Shown: one piece after another, positions 38,793 through 52,117 of the stretch | Numbering within the stretch: the first letter of the stretch is position 1 | Layout: the number at the start of each line of letters is the position of its first letter | From: Felis catus | Taxonomy: Eukaryota | Assembly: GCF_018350175.1 (NCBI RefSeq) | Contig: NC_058368.1 | Location: 10,788,001 to 10,852,000 of the forward strand | Length of the DNA stretch: 64,000 nucleotides | Reading direction: 5' to 3' | The notes under the pieces: model-generated | Told to the model about the DNA's origin: nothing | Database searches by the model: none | The model's input: only the letters and a program-made list of their open reading frames with translations | Program-made: the position numbers and the translations under genes

Positions 38793-39900
38793 TTAAAGAT
38801 AAAACCTTATTATCAAGACAGTAAAAAGGCAACCTACAGAGTGAAAGAAAATATTTGCCAACTTTATGTCTGATAGGGTTAGAGTGCCCAGGATATATAA
38901 GGCACTTCTATAACCCAAACACCAAAAGATAAACAACCCAATTAAAAAGTAGGCAAAAACTCTGAACGAACATTTCTCCAGAGAAGATACACAAAGGACC
39001 AACAAGCACATTAAAAGACACTCAATATCATTAATCACTAAGGAAATGAAAATCAAATCCACAATGTGATACCCACTGCACATGTACTAAAATGTCTACA
39101 ATTAAAGACCAACAACAACAAATATTGGCAAGGATATCGAAAAACTGGGACCCTTATACATTGCTAGTAGAAATCTATGATGGTGCAGCCACTGTAGGAA
39201 ACAGTTTGGTGTGTTCTCAAACACTTAAACGTGGAATTACCATATGACCCAGAAACTCAACTCCTAAGTATATACCCCAAAGGATGGAAAATAGGAATTT
39301 AAATAGATACTCGTGTATCAATGTTAATTATAGCATTATTCATCCTCAGCTGGGAACATCAGCATCAGGTGATTCAAATTTTTGCCACCCTGAACATGTC
39401 CACCTATGGCCACAAGCATTGATTCTGGGGTTACAAATAAGTTTGAATGAGTAGGCAAATTCGCAGAAAGAAAATTTGCGAATAATGAGGATCAACTGTA
39501 CACACAGTGGAGTATTATCAAACCATAAAAGGAATACATTTCTGATACACTCTATAATAAAGATGAACCTTGAAAACATGGTGCCAAGTGAAAGGAACCA
39601 GGCACAAAAGGATAAATAGCGTATAATTCCATTTATGTGGAATATCTCTAATAGGAACGTTTATAAAGACAAGAAGTAGATTTGAGGTACCAGGGTGTGG
39701 GGAGATGGGGGTAGTTGTTGCTTAATGGGTACAGAGTTTCTATTTGGGCTAATGAAAAAGTTTTGTAAAAAGATAATGATGATGATAGCACCACACTGTA
39801 AATGTAATTAAATGCCATTGAATTGTATGCTTAAAAACAGTTACAATAGCCAAGTTTGGGTTATATGTGTTTTACCAAAATTTAAGCAAAATTTAAAAGA
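38793..39900 (+). mobile_element. Old L1 (L1MB-like) 3' part
   Basis: ORF2 end ('aaggcaacctacagagtg', 'ggtgcagccactgt') and L1MB-like 3' UTR 'taatgggtacagagtttct'. Confidence 0.88.
39344..39498 (-). mobile_element. MER6-like Tigger fragment inside L1
   Basis: Reverse complement 'cagttgatcctcattattcgc...gcgaatttgcctactc...tttgtaacccc...gttcccagctgagg', next to TA. Confidence 0.75.
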
Positions 39901-40020
39901 TTCATTAGGGAAGGCAGTAGTCAGTTGCCTTTGAGGGGCCAAAGGAGGACAAGGGGTTCACACGGACAAGCCTTTAGCTCTCAGCGGAAATAAGTAGTGA
40001 TATTCAAATAACGTTAATTC

Positions 40021-40222
40021 CTATGTTTTGGCTCCCTCCCTCTCCAAAAAACTAAGAACAAACTGAGGGTTTATGGGGGGTGGGAGGGAGGGGTGGGTGG
40101 GTGGGTGACGGGTATTGAGGAGGGCACCTGTTGGGATGAGCACTGGGCATTGTATGGAAACCAATTTGACAATAAATTTCATATTAAAAAAATACAAGAT
40201 TAAAAAATTGTTCCCAACCAAA
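40021..40222 (+). mobile_element. Mini felid L1 insertion (inverted 5' tip, 3' UTR, extra 3' segment)
   Basis: TSD aaataac(g/a)ttaattc at 40006-40020 and 40223-40237; G-rich L1 3' UTR; same terminus as 27919-28039. Confidence 0.92.
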
Positions 40223-41071
40223 AAATAACATTAATTCATCACTATCATTATAATTATTACCTTCTTACCTGACTTCAGAGCTCATTATTCTTAACACTAT
40301 GATGCCATAACATACAACAGGCACTTGCTAATGTCACTGTGAAGGGCCTTAACTGTGTCTGAATCATGGAGAGGATGCAACAAATGACAGTGAATTCCTT
40401 ACACAAAGGAGCCAGGACACAGATTAAGGTGGAAAAATCTGAGATTTTACGGCCTGCCGAGTGAGGTATTAATAAAGCTGAGTAAGCAACTTGCCTCTAT
40501 CAACTAATGCTGCCAGTTTCTTGCCTTTCTACATATGATTCCCTCCATGAAATTCTCCTCACTTTTATATTGATTCAGTCCCCTGCATGGTTTCTAACTC
40601 CTTTCTGTTGCTTTCTCAAGGGGGTCGGGGGGTGGGGAGAAAATCAATTCAGAGTGGCTGGAAGACATTCAGCTTTATCTAAAAGTGATCGATGGCCATA
40701 AATTTCATTTTTGTTATTCTCTTGTTCCAAGAGGCTGAGTTTCAAGAAAGCTTTGCAGAAAACAAACAGATGGTGAAGAGAAACATAAGGTAATAGTTCC
40801 CTCAGGGGGAGGACACGCTCAGGAGAACTCTGTAGATCAGTCAAGGGCACGTTCACGATGCAACTGGGGGAAGTAAACTCTGCATGAGCAAGGAAAAAGA
40901 TTAACAAGGAAGCTGAGGAAAGTAGACTTTTGACCACTGTTCATGTAATATGCATATTTAAAAGCTGAGAATCAGTTATGAGTGTTCAGTGAAAACAATC
41001 ATGTGTGTTAAATGTTGGATGGCCTGGTAACTGCCTTGCAATCTTACGAGGTGGGTACTCCGATTCTTATT

Positions 41072-41282
41072 ATTTTTAAATGTTTATTTATTTTGGGAAA
41101 GAGTGCATGCTCAAGCGGAAGTGGGCTAGGGGCCGAGAGAGGGAGAAAGAGAGAATTCCAAGCAGGCTCCATGCTGTCAGCTCAGAGCCCAATGCAGGAC
41201 TCGATCTCACGAACTGTGAGATCATGACCTGAGCTGAAATCAAGAGTCAGAGGCTTAGCTGACTGAACCACCCAGGTGTCCC
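41072..41282 (-). mobile_element. CAN-SINE
   Basis: Antisense head '...gagatcatgacctgagctgaaatcaagagtc...cacccaggtgtccc'. Confidence 0.93.
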
Positions 41283-42024
41283 ATCTGATTATCATTTTTA
41301 TATTACCAAAGAGAGACAATAGGATATCTTGGAGGAGAAGATCAGAAACATGATATATCTTGAGTTTCTTACAGATTTTCCCTTCTTTCACACATCCCAA
41401 GAAATGTATACTTTGCCATTAGCTGCTGAATCCTTTGAATTTTATGTCGTATGATGAAAAAAGTGATACATTTAGGTATTGAAATAAAATTCTTTAGTTT
41501 TCAATCCAAAGGGGAGAAAATAACAATCTTAGGCAAGTTAGAATGAGAACTTCTCACTGGAAAATTGGGTGTCATATACGTCACATGATACCCGTTTGAT
41601 TTAAACCCTTCGCTGGTGGCAGGGCTGGCCCTGTCCACCGCTGCTCATGAGCTGTACATCAGAGAGTGTTCATTTCTGCCATGTGGCATCTCAGAACCCT
41701 GTTGTACATCCAGAAATGCAGATTTCTTCTTGTACTTGTTACAAAGTCAGACCCTGGGAAGTGCATCAACGGAAATTGTTGGGGTGGAGTGTAATTCACC
41801 CTTAGATGGATGGGCTTCGCTACTTCAGGGTCCCGTGAACAGGCACGGATGCACGTGAACAAGGTCTGGTTTGCTCTTTGGTGGCTTTGAAGGGTGAGGA
41901 GCTTTCCTGAGGGAGAGATAGATTATCTATTGAGCCTCTGGGTGCTCTGTGTGTGAGCATTAGTGTGTGTGGCCAAAATCCTTCCCAACTGCTATCTGTA
42001 AAATATTCCTAAAGCATATAAGCA

Positions 42025-42170
42025 TCATAGCTCACATTTATTGAGCACTGATGAGTACCAGGCACTGTTTTAGGTGCTTTTACACTGTTTCAGGCACCAT
42101 TTCATCCTCACAGTAAAACTATGAGGTTACTATTACTATCCTCTTTTTGCAAAGGAGGAAACTGGGGCCT
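42025..42170 (-). mobile_element. MIR SINE
   Basis: 'catttattgagcact...ccaggcactgtt..aggtgctttt..atcctcacag...gaggaaactg'. Confidence 0.8.
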
Positions 42171-42864
42171 GGACCAGGAACTGGGCATAAAAAAGAATAA
42201 CGTTGGGCATCATCTTTGAGCACACAGGGAGTTTACGGTTAAAGTATTCTTGCAACATACAGAAATTAATGTCTTCTCAAGCATTCAATCACTCCAAGAG
42301 AATCAAATGTGCAAGGAAACATGGAAACCAATTAGCATGACCATAAAAGTCATTTTCATTAGGGTAAAGGGGCCACATGCAAACATGTTTGGAAACAGTA
42401 CAGCTCATTCCATAGCCATATTCTTTCCTGCTTTCCTTTTCCCAGTCTAACTTCACTTTTGTATTTTTGATTACATACTATTTGTGCCATGGGAATCTCA
42501 GGCCATAAAATGAAATAATATCAGTTTTCCATCAAGAGAATAAAAAAATGTTACTAATTTCTCAATAGTCACATTTACTTCTTACAAAATTATTCAATGA
42601 TAAATTTAAGCCAAATACATTGAAGAAAAAAAAAGAGGTAGAAAGTTTCACTTGAATGATATTTTAGTAGTGGTATAAATATCTTTGAGGCAGTATAAGC
42701 CCACTACCCCTCCCCCCATCCACTACATGCTCCCATATGAGGAAAGGGATAGGCGAATGTCACCAGAACAAATTCTGGGGACAAGACTGGAGTGGTAGAC
42801 CAGCCATGGCTTGGGTAGGTACTATATAAGTGGCAATTTCAATCCATCTTCTTCTCTACATCCC

Positions 42865-43320
42865 ATGGTAGAACATTAGTTTGTGGCCTCCAGTGAACCA
42901 TGCCTCCCGGTATTCACAGCCTATGTAGTCCTCTATGGGCTTAGCTATATAACTAGTTTGGGCCACCAGGACAGTAGGAAGTGTGAGATTTGATAAGTGC
43001 TTGCACATTAAGGCTTGAACTCTTGGTACATTCCTTTCTGAAACTCAACCACCAGGCTGAGGAAGCCCAAGAAGTCATATGGAGACAATCATGTGGAGGA
43101 AAACTTAGACCTCTGGTCGAAAACTCCAAATGGTTGAAAACCCCCAGCCTGGGGCCTGAACCAATTGCCACCCATAGGAGTGAGGTCATCTGGACCTTCT
43201 AACCATTGCCAGGCTACAGTCAACACTTCATCCTGCAGAAGAACCAGTCAACCACAGAACCACAAGAAATAACAAGTCATTAGTTTTTTTTTTTTTACAC
43301 CAGTGATTTTGCTAGTGTAA
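42865..43320 (+). mobile_element. MaLR LTR (MLT1F/G-like)
   Basis: 'catgcctcccggtattcac', 'gaggaagcccaa', 'catgtggagga', 'accacagaaccacaagaaataa'. Confidence 0.55.
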
Positions 43321-43798
43321 ACCATCATTGATTCCCTTCTGGATTACTGTGATAACATTGGAAAGAGACTCCTTATACCCAGCCCTCTCCAATGTGTACT
43401 CCAAACTCTAACCAGAAGGATCCTTCTCAAAACCATCAATGGCTCCCCAGGGTCTTTAAAATGGTCTAGTCTATAACATGGAACAATGGAACAATGAAGA
43501 TAATTATAATATGATCCTTACTTATATATCTAGTTTAGTCTACCACTCCACTCCAACTCTCACACGTTATACCCAAAGTGAACTGTGGGCCCTATAGCAT
43601 GAATTAGACTCCCTGGTACAATCCTCCCCATGTCCACCTGATCATGCTAACTCCACTTTGCACTTCAGGATCTCCCCAGGATTCTTTAGCACTTTGCTTA
43701 CCTCCATCATAGCACTTACTTACTACACTGCAACAGTCTCCTTTCTTACATCTCTCTTTTTTAGACTATAGACTATTTGAGGACATGGAATAACTATT

Positions 43799-44145
43799 TG
43801 CTATGGTCTGAATGTTTGTGTCATCCCAATATTCTTATGCTGAAATATTAATGCCCAACGTGATGTTATTAGGAGATGGGGCCTTTGGACTCTGCCCTCA
43901 TGAATCAGATTAGTGTTCTTACAAAAGAGACACCAAAAAGCTCCCCAGCCCCCCTTCCACCATGTGAAGACTCAGCTAGAAGGCATTGGCTGTCAACAAG
44001 GAAGAAGGCCTGCAACAGAATGTGACCATCCTGATGCCCTGATCTCAGGCTTCTGGCTTCCAAAACTGTTAGAAATAAATTTCTGTTGTTTATAAGCTAC
44101 CCAGTCTCTGGTGTTTTGTTATAGCAGCCCAAACAGTCTACGACA
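43799..44145 (+). mobile_element. MaLR solo LTR (MLT1A/MSTD-like) inside an L2 3' end
   Basis: TGCTATGGTCTGAATGTTTGTG...GACA; near-TSD ctatt/atatt. Confidence 0.9.
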
Positions 44146-44554
44146 ATATTTCACTTCTGTATCCAGCGCTGGCTACAGAGGTTGTTACATTTTAGGTGCT
44201 CAGGATATATTTGCTCAATGAATACTATTTACTCTACTCTGCCATCATTCCAAGGTGACACTTGTTTATTTCTCCCAGGCTAATCTTCATTCCCACATCA
44301 GGAAAAGATGGGGAACATATTTCTTCCAGAAGACTGATTTAATCAAGGTAAAACCTTATATTCTGGAATTATGTCAAACAGGTTCCAGAAGTTCAGTCCA
44401 AGGCAAATTTCAAAGAGGAAAGCCAAGACCCAAATGTGGGACTTTGTTCGAGACAAAAGTTTACATCTTGACTAACTTCTGCAAACTCTACTGCAGAGGA
44501 CTCATTTCATATTTGACTTCCTCTGAGACCCCATCTCTTGATCACATAGGTTAG

Positions 44555-44675
44555 ATGTTGCATGTAAGCGATGAACCATAGGAATCTACCCCAAAACCAA
44601 GAGCACACTTTACACACTGTATGTTCACCAATTTGACAATAAATTATATTTAAAAACAAAAATAAATAAATAAAA
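44555..44675 (+). mobile_element. Short carnivore L1 3' terminus
   Basis: 'gtaagcgatgaacca..ggaatctacccc...caatttgacaataaatt' + A-rich tail. Confidence 0.85.
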
Positions 44676-45459
44676 TTGTGGGGGGGGGGGAGGCTTTTCT
44701 CCATGTTGTGGTACTCTGTTTGCTTAGCATTGTATAGTAATTTTCTATCTGCCTTTATTCCTTCTTAGACTTGGGCTCCTTGAATGAAAGAGCTATCTTA
44801 CTCATCTCTCAGGTTTCTAGCACATAATGGATTTTCAAGAAGTATTTGTTATATGAATGAATGACCCAGAGAATGAGACCCAGTGAAAGCAGGTTGAGAC
44901 CAAATGGGGTTGGGGAGGAAGCAGAGTTACCCTGAACATAGGCTGATATATCTGTAGCTGCCTTTCAGGGTTCCTTGCAGATCAGCCCAACTCAAGGGTC
45001 AGGGGTGAGATGAGCAACTCATTCCTGGTTTGGGAACCCCTGGTTCTCCCAGTGGAATTTCCTGATGTGATCTTGTGATTTCCAAATCCATTTTAGCTTT
45101 AGAGGTTTTATAGTAAAACTCCATATGTAAAGTGGGTGAAAGCAGAGCTCTTCTGGTTGAAGTAGCTGGTGAGACCCAGACTCCCACACCCTGGCCCCCT
45201 TTCCCCTTCTAGCTCACTTATTTCTCCCCCTACCACCTCAGCAGCCCATAAAGGTGCTTCACAGAAACCTAGTTTGAGAACCACATTCTAAAGCCTTCTT
45301 AAGATGTGAGTCAAGCTGCCATGACTACTCTTCTGGTCCTTTTTTCTTTTCCTAATGGTGGCAAACACCGGAAATGATGGTGGGCATGCAGCCCATAGCA
45401 GGTAATCTAATGCCTTCGCTGTGCACCTTATATAAAGTTATCCACCTCATCCTCACCCT

Positions 45460-45937
45460 TGCCTCATTTTATGTTCTCTAGCCTACCTTTCTCTCAAGCC
45501 ATTACTGTGGCCACTAGCTTCATGCAAGTGTAGCCAGTCAGCCTCTTCCCAGCTCTGCTGCATACCTCTTGCTTGCTGCCCCAAGACTTCTCTCCTATCT
45601 CTGCCTGTAGGAGCCCACTCAGCCACACTGGCACATGCTCAAACCTGAAACCAAATGAGACAGTCCTAAACCTATGGGGAATAGGAGCTATGGATAAATA
45701 CTGCCATCTTCTGTGATGTGGGTGGACAACTGCAAGGCACATTCAATACATCTCCTCAGAAGATCCCTAAGGGGGCCGAGTCTCAGTTGACTGCAGCAGC
45801 CATGCACTCTAAGATGGGTTTTTCTTCCTTTACTGCTTCGTTCTTCCCCGTTGCCTCAGTGTGGTACCTTGGGATCTACCCAAGATAAACTATTTACACT
45901 TAAACCATAGTCTTGGGAGTCAACCAAGTTAAGAACC
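45460..45937 (+). mobile_element. ERV-L solo LTR (LTR16-like)
   Basis: 'ggataaatactgcc', 'gagtctcagttgactgcagc', 'ataaactatttacacttaaacc'. Confidence 0.6.
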
Positions 45938-46773
45938 TCCTTACCTACTTTATTTTTCTTCTTGGAATTACCATCCCTGATGCATTTTATATTTATTTAT
46001 TTGTCTCCCTCCTCTAAAATATAAACTGCACATGTGCCGAGACTCTTTCTTTCAATGGTATATTACCAATGATTTGAATAGTGCCTTAGTACCTAGTAGG
46101 CACTCAGTAAATATTTTTTTAATTAATCTGTTGAGTCTGTGGCTATATATTTTTGACTCCCTCATTGCCAGGATGGATTTGAATTGTACATGTTCATTAG
46201 TAGACACATGTACCTTTTTAGGGGGACTGGAGTTCAGTGTGGATAGGATACAAGGCTACACAGGTTTCCACTCTACCATAAGAATATATGATCTTTTGTA
46301 GACTGAGAGGCCCTTCTCACAGCAGGCAGCAGGAGACAAAGTAACCATGCACATCAGAGTTCAGATACAACTGCCCTGCGTTATATTATGCCCAATTCAA
46401 CTGGTACCACAAGAGACTAGATGGGGTCATCTGTACTAAATCATATTTGAGCCCTGGGAAGGAATGCCTTGTAGCAGTGAGAAGGCATGGTACATGCCAA
46501 GTTGGGCTTCCAGCCTCTTTTGTTGAAAGAGAAACAGGGCAGAGCTCACCATGGCCATATTGGAATTGGTTTCTATAGGCATGAGGTGAAACAAGGAATT
46601 CTCTCCTGATAATGGCTGATACCACAGGGCCAGATTAGTTTAGAATAATAATAGGGACTTTAGATCTTGACTGCCAAGAAGACTAGGGATGAGCTCCAAA
46701 TCAGGAAGGCCAAAGAGGTAAGAACTAAGAAGCTGCCACCACGTGAAAACACATCAGAATCAAACAGGTGGCG

Positions 46774-47140
46774 GGAAACCACCAACAAAACAATAAGACA
46801 ACCTACCGAGTGAGAGAAGATATTTGCAAGTAATATATCTGATAAAGGGTTAATATCTAAAATATATAAATAACTTATATAACCAAACAAAACCCAAACC
46901 AACACCAAAATATAACCAACACACCCAAAATTAATAATCCAATTAAAAAAATGACAGCAGACAAGGACAGACATTTTTCCAAAGAAGACACACAGATGGC
47001 CAACAGACACATGAAAAGATGCTTAACATCACTAATCCTCAGGAAATGCAAATCAAAACTACAGTGAGATATGACCTTACACCTGTCAGAATGACTAGTA
47101 TCAAAAAGACAAGGAATCACAAGTGTTGGCGAGGATGTGA
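46774..47140 (+). mobile_element. L1 ORF2 3' fragment
   Basis: 'gagaagatatttgcaa', 'cagatggccaacagacacatgaaaagatgct', 'gaaatgcaaatcaaaactaca'. Confidence 0.9.
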
Positions 47141-47892
47141 AGTGTGGCTTCAGTACAGGTGTGGGTCAGCTGCCATCAGAGATCTGGCTTAAATACAGAA
47201 TGAAGAACACAATCGGGCTCATAGTCTCAGAAGTATAAGATTTTGGAATCAACAGGGCGAATTATTTGGAAGTGGAGAATGTGTAGTTCTAAATTGTAAT
47301 AGTTCACTCTTGGTAAAATATTTCATTAAATGCTCTGAAGGCTTATCTCTGTTAATGGCATGGTAAAGCCCCTGTTTAGAGAGACCTTGAAGCTAGTAAC
47401 CATACTGACACTTCATGATTAGGGGCTATTAGAATCCCTTAAAGAGGTGTGTCCCAAAATTGTCTGGAAAACTTATTGGAAATGCAAATCCCAGGATCTT
47501 ATCCAAAGAGTTTGGGAGTAAATAGGGAATCTGCACTTTAATCCAATACCCCAGGCAATGTTGACATAGGCCATTCAAGATTATACTTGAGAAACATAAA
47601 CTTAATAATAGGATTTTCTGGCACAATAGTTTTTTTTTTTTTAATTCCTTGGCATTTTTGAAGGCATACACTTATACATAATTCTATACCCCTCCATCCC
47701 CAAACTCAACCACCTTTATCATGATGCTGGAGGAGCATGGTTTTACATTATATGCCTTTCTTGCTGAAAATCTCACTTTTATTCTGGAATACAGCATGGA
47801 AGAGGGAATTAATTTCATTTCTGTTTTTACCAACTGAGAAAGAAACACATGACACTGTAGCTATCTGAAATCTTTCTAGGAAAAGTATGGAG

Positions 47893-47893
<1 letters not shown>

Positions 47894-47940
<47 letters not shown>
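47894..47940. repeat. (AC)n microsatellite
   Basis: Directly visible. Confidence 0.98.
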
Positions 47941-47942
<2 letters not shown>

Positions 47943-48659
47943 TTAAAAATATTCTAAAGGATCTTTTCAGAAGGTTTTTATACTTTTAATCCAGGTAATT
48001 CCATAAAGACAAGGATGACTTTTGTGAGTCAAACTCATGTCATCATGGGCAGCTAGATGCAAAGAGGTCAACAGAGAAGGCAAAATTAAGAAGCTCAATG
48101 CAGAATCCTGTACCAAAAGAAAAAAGTGCAAAAGAAAAAGGAGGCTAGAGGTTAAAGGAGGTAGAGAGGGCTACATCACTGTCACAAAGAGAAAAACCTG
48201 AGGCCCATGTGCCACTTGCAGCCAGCATTTCAAGGTGAAAGATACAGGCTGGTTGCTTGGCAACTGCATGTTCTTCCTTCCACATACCCTTCAAGTGGCA
48301 CGTGTTCTTTTGTGAGCTCCTTTCCCATTCTTTCTCCCACCTACCAGACCAACCATTTAGAAATCTGTGCTCCACAGAAACTCTAATAATATTAGGGCAA
48401 AAATCACAACTTTTAGTCCTGGGAAATAAGAGTAGAATTCTTTGTTCACTTATGTAAGGACATCTACAATAGAATCCATTCTGAAAACGAGTATTCAGTT
48501 CTGGCCACCACAGTTTATTTAAGAGGAACAGTGACAAATAAAAGAGGAAGGTGAGGAGTTCTTAAAAATATTTTAAATGTAAGAAACGTCTGAGAAAGCA
48601 AATATGACAAAGGTCAGAAAATATGTATATATGTACATATGCACATTTAATCTGTTTAA

Positions 48660-50050
48660 AATTTTTATTAAGACATGCAATATTTTAAGCATTCTATTAG
48701 GCATATCTTTTCACATTTTAACATAGTTGATACAATTTAAACAACAGCAACTCATATTCAAAGGTAGGATAGCATCAATATCATTGAAGCCTTTATGAGC
48801 CTCTTCTGAGTCACATTTCACTCTCTAATATCCTGGGGTAGCTATTACCTTTATTTTTATATTTATCATTCTATTTTTTACTATCATTTATGCTTTTGAG
48901 ATTTTGTAAGTCTCAATATAATAATAAGTTCCTTCAACTTATTATTTGAGAGAGTCTTGGCTCTTCTTAGACTTTGCTTTTTCACACATAATTAAGAATC
49001 AACTTATCCAAATTCTCAAAAAAAAAAAAATGGTGGGATTTTTATTGGAACCTTTTTTGAATCTATCGGCCTATTTGAATAAAAAGTGTTATCATTGTGG
49101 TATGAAATATTCCTATACATGAACATAATATATTTATTAATTTATTTAGATCTTTTTATTATCTGTTAATAAAGTTCTATAAGTGGTCTTACACATTTTT
49201 ATAAGGTTTATTTTAGAATGACTATTATGGACTGTAATAAATTATATACTTTTAAAATGCTATTTTCTGTCTCTACTGTATAGAAATGTAATTTTTGGCA
49301 TATTGACATATATCTAGAAACCTTGCTAAAACCTCCTTTTAAATCTAATAATTTATTTGAAAATCATTATGGATTTTCTATGTAGACAATCATAACTTCT
49401 ACAAATAATGACATTTCCATTTCTTCTTTCCAACTCTTATTACCTCAATTTCTTCTCATCTTGAATTCATTGGTTGGGACCATAATTCAATATTGAAAAG
49501 AAAATAATAAATATCCTTGAATTTTCATAATTATAAATGAAATTGTTTCTAAAATGTCAGCAGTAACAATAATGCTAGTATTATTTTGGAGGATATTCTA
49601 CAGATGTAACAAGTTCTTTTCTATTGCTAGTTTGCTAAGACTTGGGCTGAATTTTACTGAACGTTTTTATGCCTCTATGGGGATGACTATATGGTTCTTG
49701 TGTATGAATATATTAATAAACTGAATTACATGAGATTTTCTACTTACAAATCAACATTGCAATTCCTAAAATAAACCTAAAATAATGTATTTTTATATAT
49801 GTGTGTATACACACACACACACACACACATATACGTATATATGGCTAGATTTGATTTGATTTACCAATACATTTCAAGTTTTTTTTTTTAATCACCATTT
49901 ATGAGTGAGATTTGTCTTCCATATTCCTAGTGTGGAATTTATAAAAACTTTTTACTAGCTTTATAAAATGTATTAGGAAGAATTGTGTGCAACTGGAAGG
50001 ATCTCGTCCTTGAATATGTGGTATAACTTCCTTGTAAAGGCAGATGACTT
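48660..50050 (-). mobile_element. Old L1 (L1ME-like) antisense fragments
   Basis: 'tgggatttttattggaa', 'ccttgctaaa', 'ttttctatgtagacaatcata', 'ctagtttgctaaga'; T-rich. Confidence 0.75.
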
Positions 50051-50255
50051 TGTGTCAGACCGTGTATTCTCTGCTTTAGGCAATCTATCTCATCTGATCC
50101 TCACAGCATGAAGAAATAGAGACCCAAAGAAGTTAAGCAACTGGCCACCATCCCCCAGCTATTAAGTATCTGAGGGGAATGTGGTCTTAGACCACCTGAC
50201 TCCAAAGACAACGTCCCTAACCATTAGATACACAAGTGTTTTAAAATGACCACAG

Positions 50256-50500
50256 ATGAACATATGGAAAGTGGGGGGAGAGAAGAGGGGGAAGCAAACC
50301 ATGAGGGTCTTGATGATAGACAACAAACTGAGGGTTGATTGAGGGAGATGGGTGGGAGACAAGCTTGATGGGTGATGGGCATTAAGGAGGGCATTTGTCA
50401 TGATGAGCCCTGGGTGTTATATATAAGGGATGAATCACTGAATTCTACTCCTGAAACCAATATTTCACTGTATATTAACTAAAATTTAAATTAAAAGAAA
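50256..50500 (+). mobile_element. Carnivore L1 3' UTR fragment
   Basis: 'aacaaactgagggttga', 'gatgaatcactgaattctactcctgaaacc'; TSD taaaat(ga/ac)ccacag. Confidence 0.9.
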
Positions 50501-50994
50501 TAAAATACCCACAGGACTGGCAATGTGCAGACTGATTTAGAGGCCACCAAGAATGACTGCTGATTGGAAGGTTCTCTTACGAGTGACTTACATGAAATAT
50601 GGAATGAGAAACAGACTTTTTAATTAGTGAAACTTGGACCCTGGCTACTCAACTGAAACCTTTCAAATGTAATTTGTCTTGTGTCAAAATACTCTCTGAT
50701 TTATATTGACATATGTATAGCAGGACTTTACATTTCAGAGCCAACAGCTTCAAGAGCCCTTAAAGGCATGGCAGGCATAACTTCCTTGTGGTTTTGGGGT
50801 TGTTGTGTGAGGCTGAGGGGCATGTTTTATGCTGATAGGCCTCTACAACATGGGACTTCCCATTATAAAGGTTTCCCTTTAGAGTTTAGTTAATTGTGCT
50901 TTAGATTTCAAAGTAGGGCTGAGGGGGTTTCACTGAAGACTTTTTTTCCAATATAAACAGCACAACTTCCCAGACTTCTTGGCGTGGTTCAGCT

Positions 50995-51410
50995 GTAATT
51001 GTTGTTGTTTTGACTAGGCATATAAATATACCATTTAAGGGAAACTAGATCAAAACATCCAGCAGATCACTTGGGAGACCATAACAGACAGAGGTTTGTC
51101 TCTGCTCAAGGTAAGGACAGACACTCCCAGAGTACAATCAGATGGTTATGCCCAGAGGTTGCTCATGTGGGGTCTTTACAGGATGGCAGGGAGGCTAAGT
51201 CTTTGGCTTGACTTATCTGTGTAGCTCAAGTCCCTTACATTGCTTTTGGAGCATTATTGCAGAGCACAGCGCCTGAGGAGAGGAGGACCCTAGGATCATT
51301 CTGTCTGTTCTCCTTCTGTAGATGTGCAAACGCAAAGGGCAAGGGGTAAAGTCATTTCCATTGTTATGGAAGCTCTTTTTGCCCTTTCCCATATTAAATC
51401 TATCCAACTC
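50995..51410 (-). mobile_element. Probable old solo LTR, family unassigned
   Basis: TG...CA ends and antisense LTR-like organisation ('accataacagacagaggttt'); weak. Confidence 0.35.
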
Positions 51411-51618
51411 AAATCATGTATAATTTCATACAAAATAAGCAGAAATCTAGGATTAAAACTGAAATAAAGTATCCAGTGGCTAATAACCAGCAACAATTTA
51501 ATTCTTTGTATCCATCTGAATTAGCCATCATCTCTCATCATTGCCAGAAGATAATAAAGCAAGCCTCTCTCTCAGACACTTGAATAAGAACATATAAGGA
51601 AAAGATGAGTAGTGAAAG

Positions 51619-52113
51619 TGAAAGGTTCTATTCAAAGCCCCCTCCTCAGCCAAGCTTACAGATAAAAACTCACAGGTACCTGTGCTTGGCCCTAATTCTT
51701 TGTTTTTCTAGGTCATGGTGTCCCTCATTCTCAGACAATAGTCCACAACTACAAAACATATTCTTCTCTAGCCTGACCACAACCCTCATCCTGGACAAGT
51801 CCTGGACAGAGCCCCTTAGAAACCTGTCACCTCCTGCTCTACCTGGCCAAGAGTCAGCCCCCTCCCCATGCCCACCATTGGCACAGCTACAACACTTTCA
51901 TATCCTTACCAAACCAGACCAATCCAAACCAATCAAACAAACAAACAAAAAAACCCAAAAACGTAAAAGGCACAGCCCAAAAGAAGCTCAGGGCCAACAT
52001 CTCTCTTGATGTCTGACCCCTCTTCTCCCTCGGACACTGAATAAACTCTGTCTTGCTTGTTGCTCTACTCTTTGTGCAATTCTATGCCCTCTGTATCACT
52101 GGCCACCCAAGCA
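51619..52113 (+). mobile_element. ERV 5' LTR (~495 bp)
   Basis: TGAAAGG...CA; aligns to 60064-60799; CCAAT at 51919 and 51929; AATAAA at 52040. Confidence 0.93.
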
Positions 52114-52117
52114 TTTT

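Noticed and set aside
41560..41880. Unique, slightly CpG-richer segment with E-boxes and short ORFs
   Set aside because: No recognisable protein or RNA similarity, and motif content is not clearly above chance.
51605..52009. 134-aa ORF
   Set aside because: Lies in the C-rich 5' LTR and is not preserved in the 3' LTR copy.
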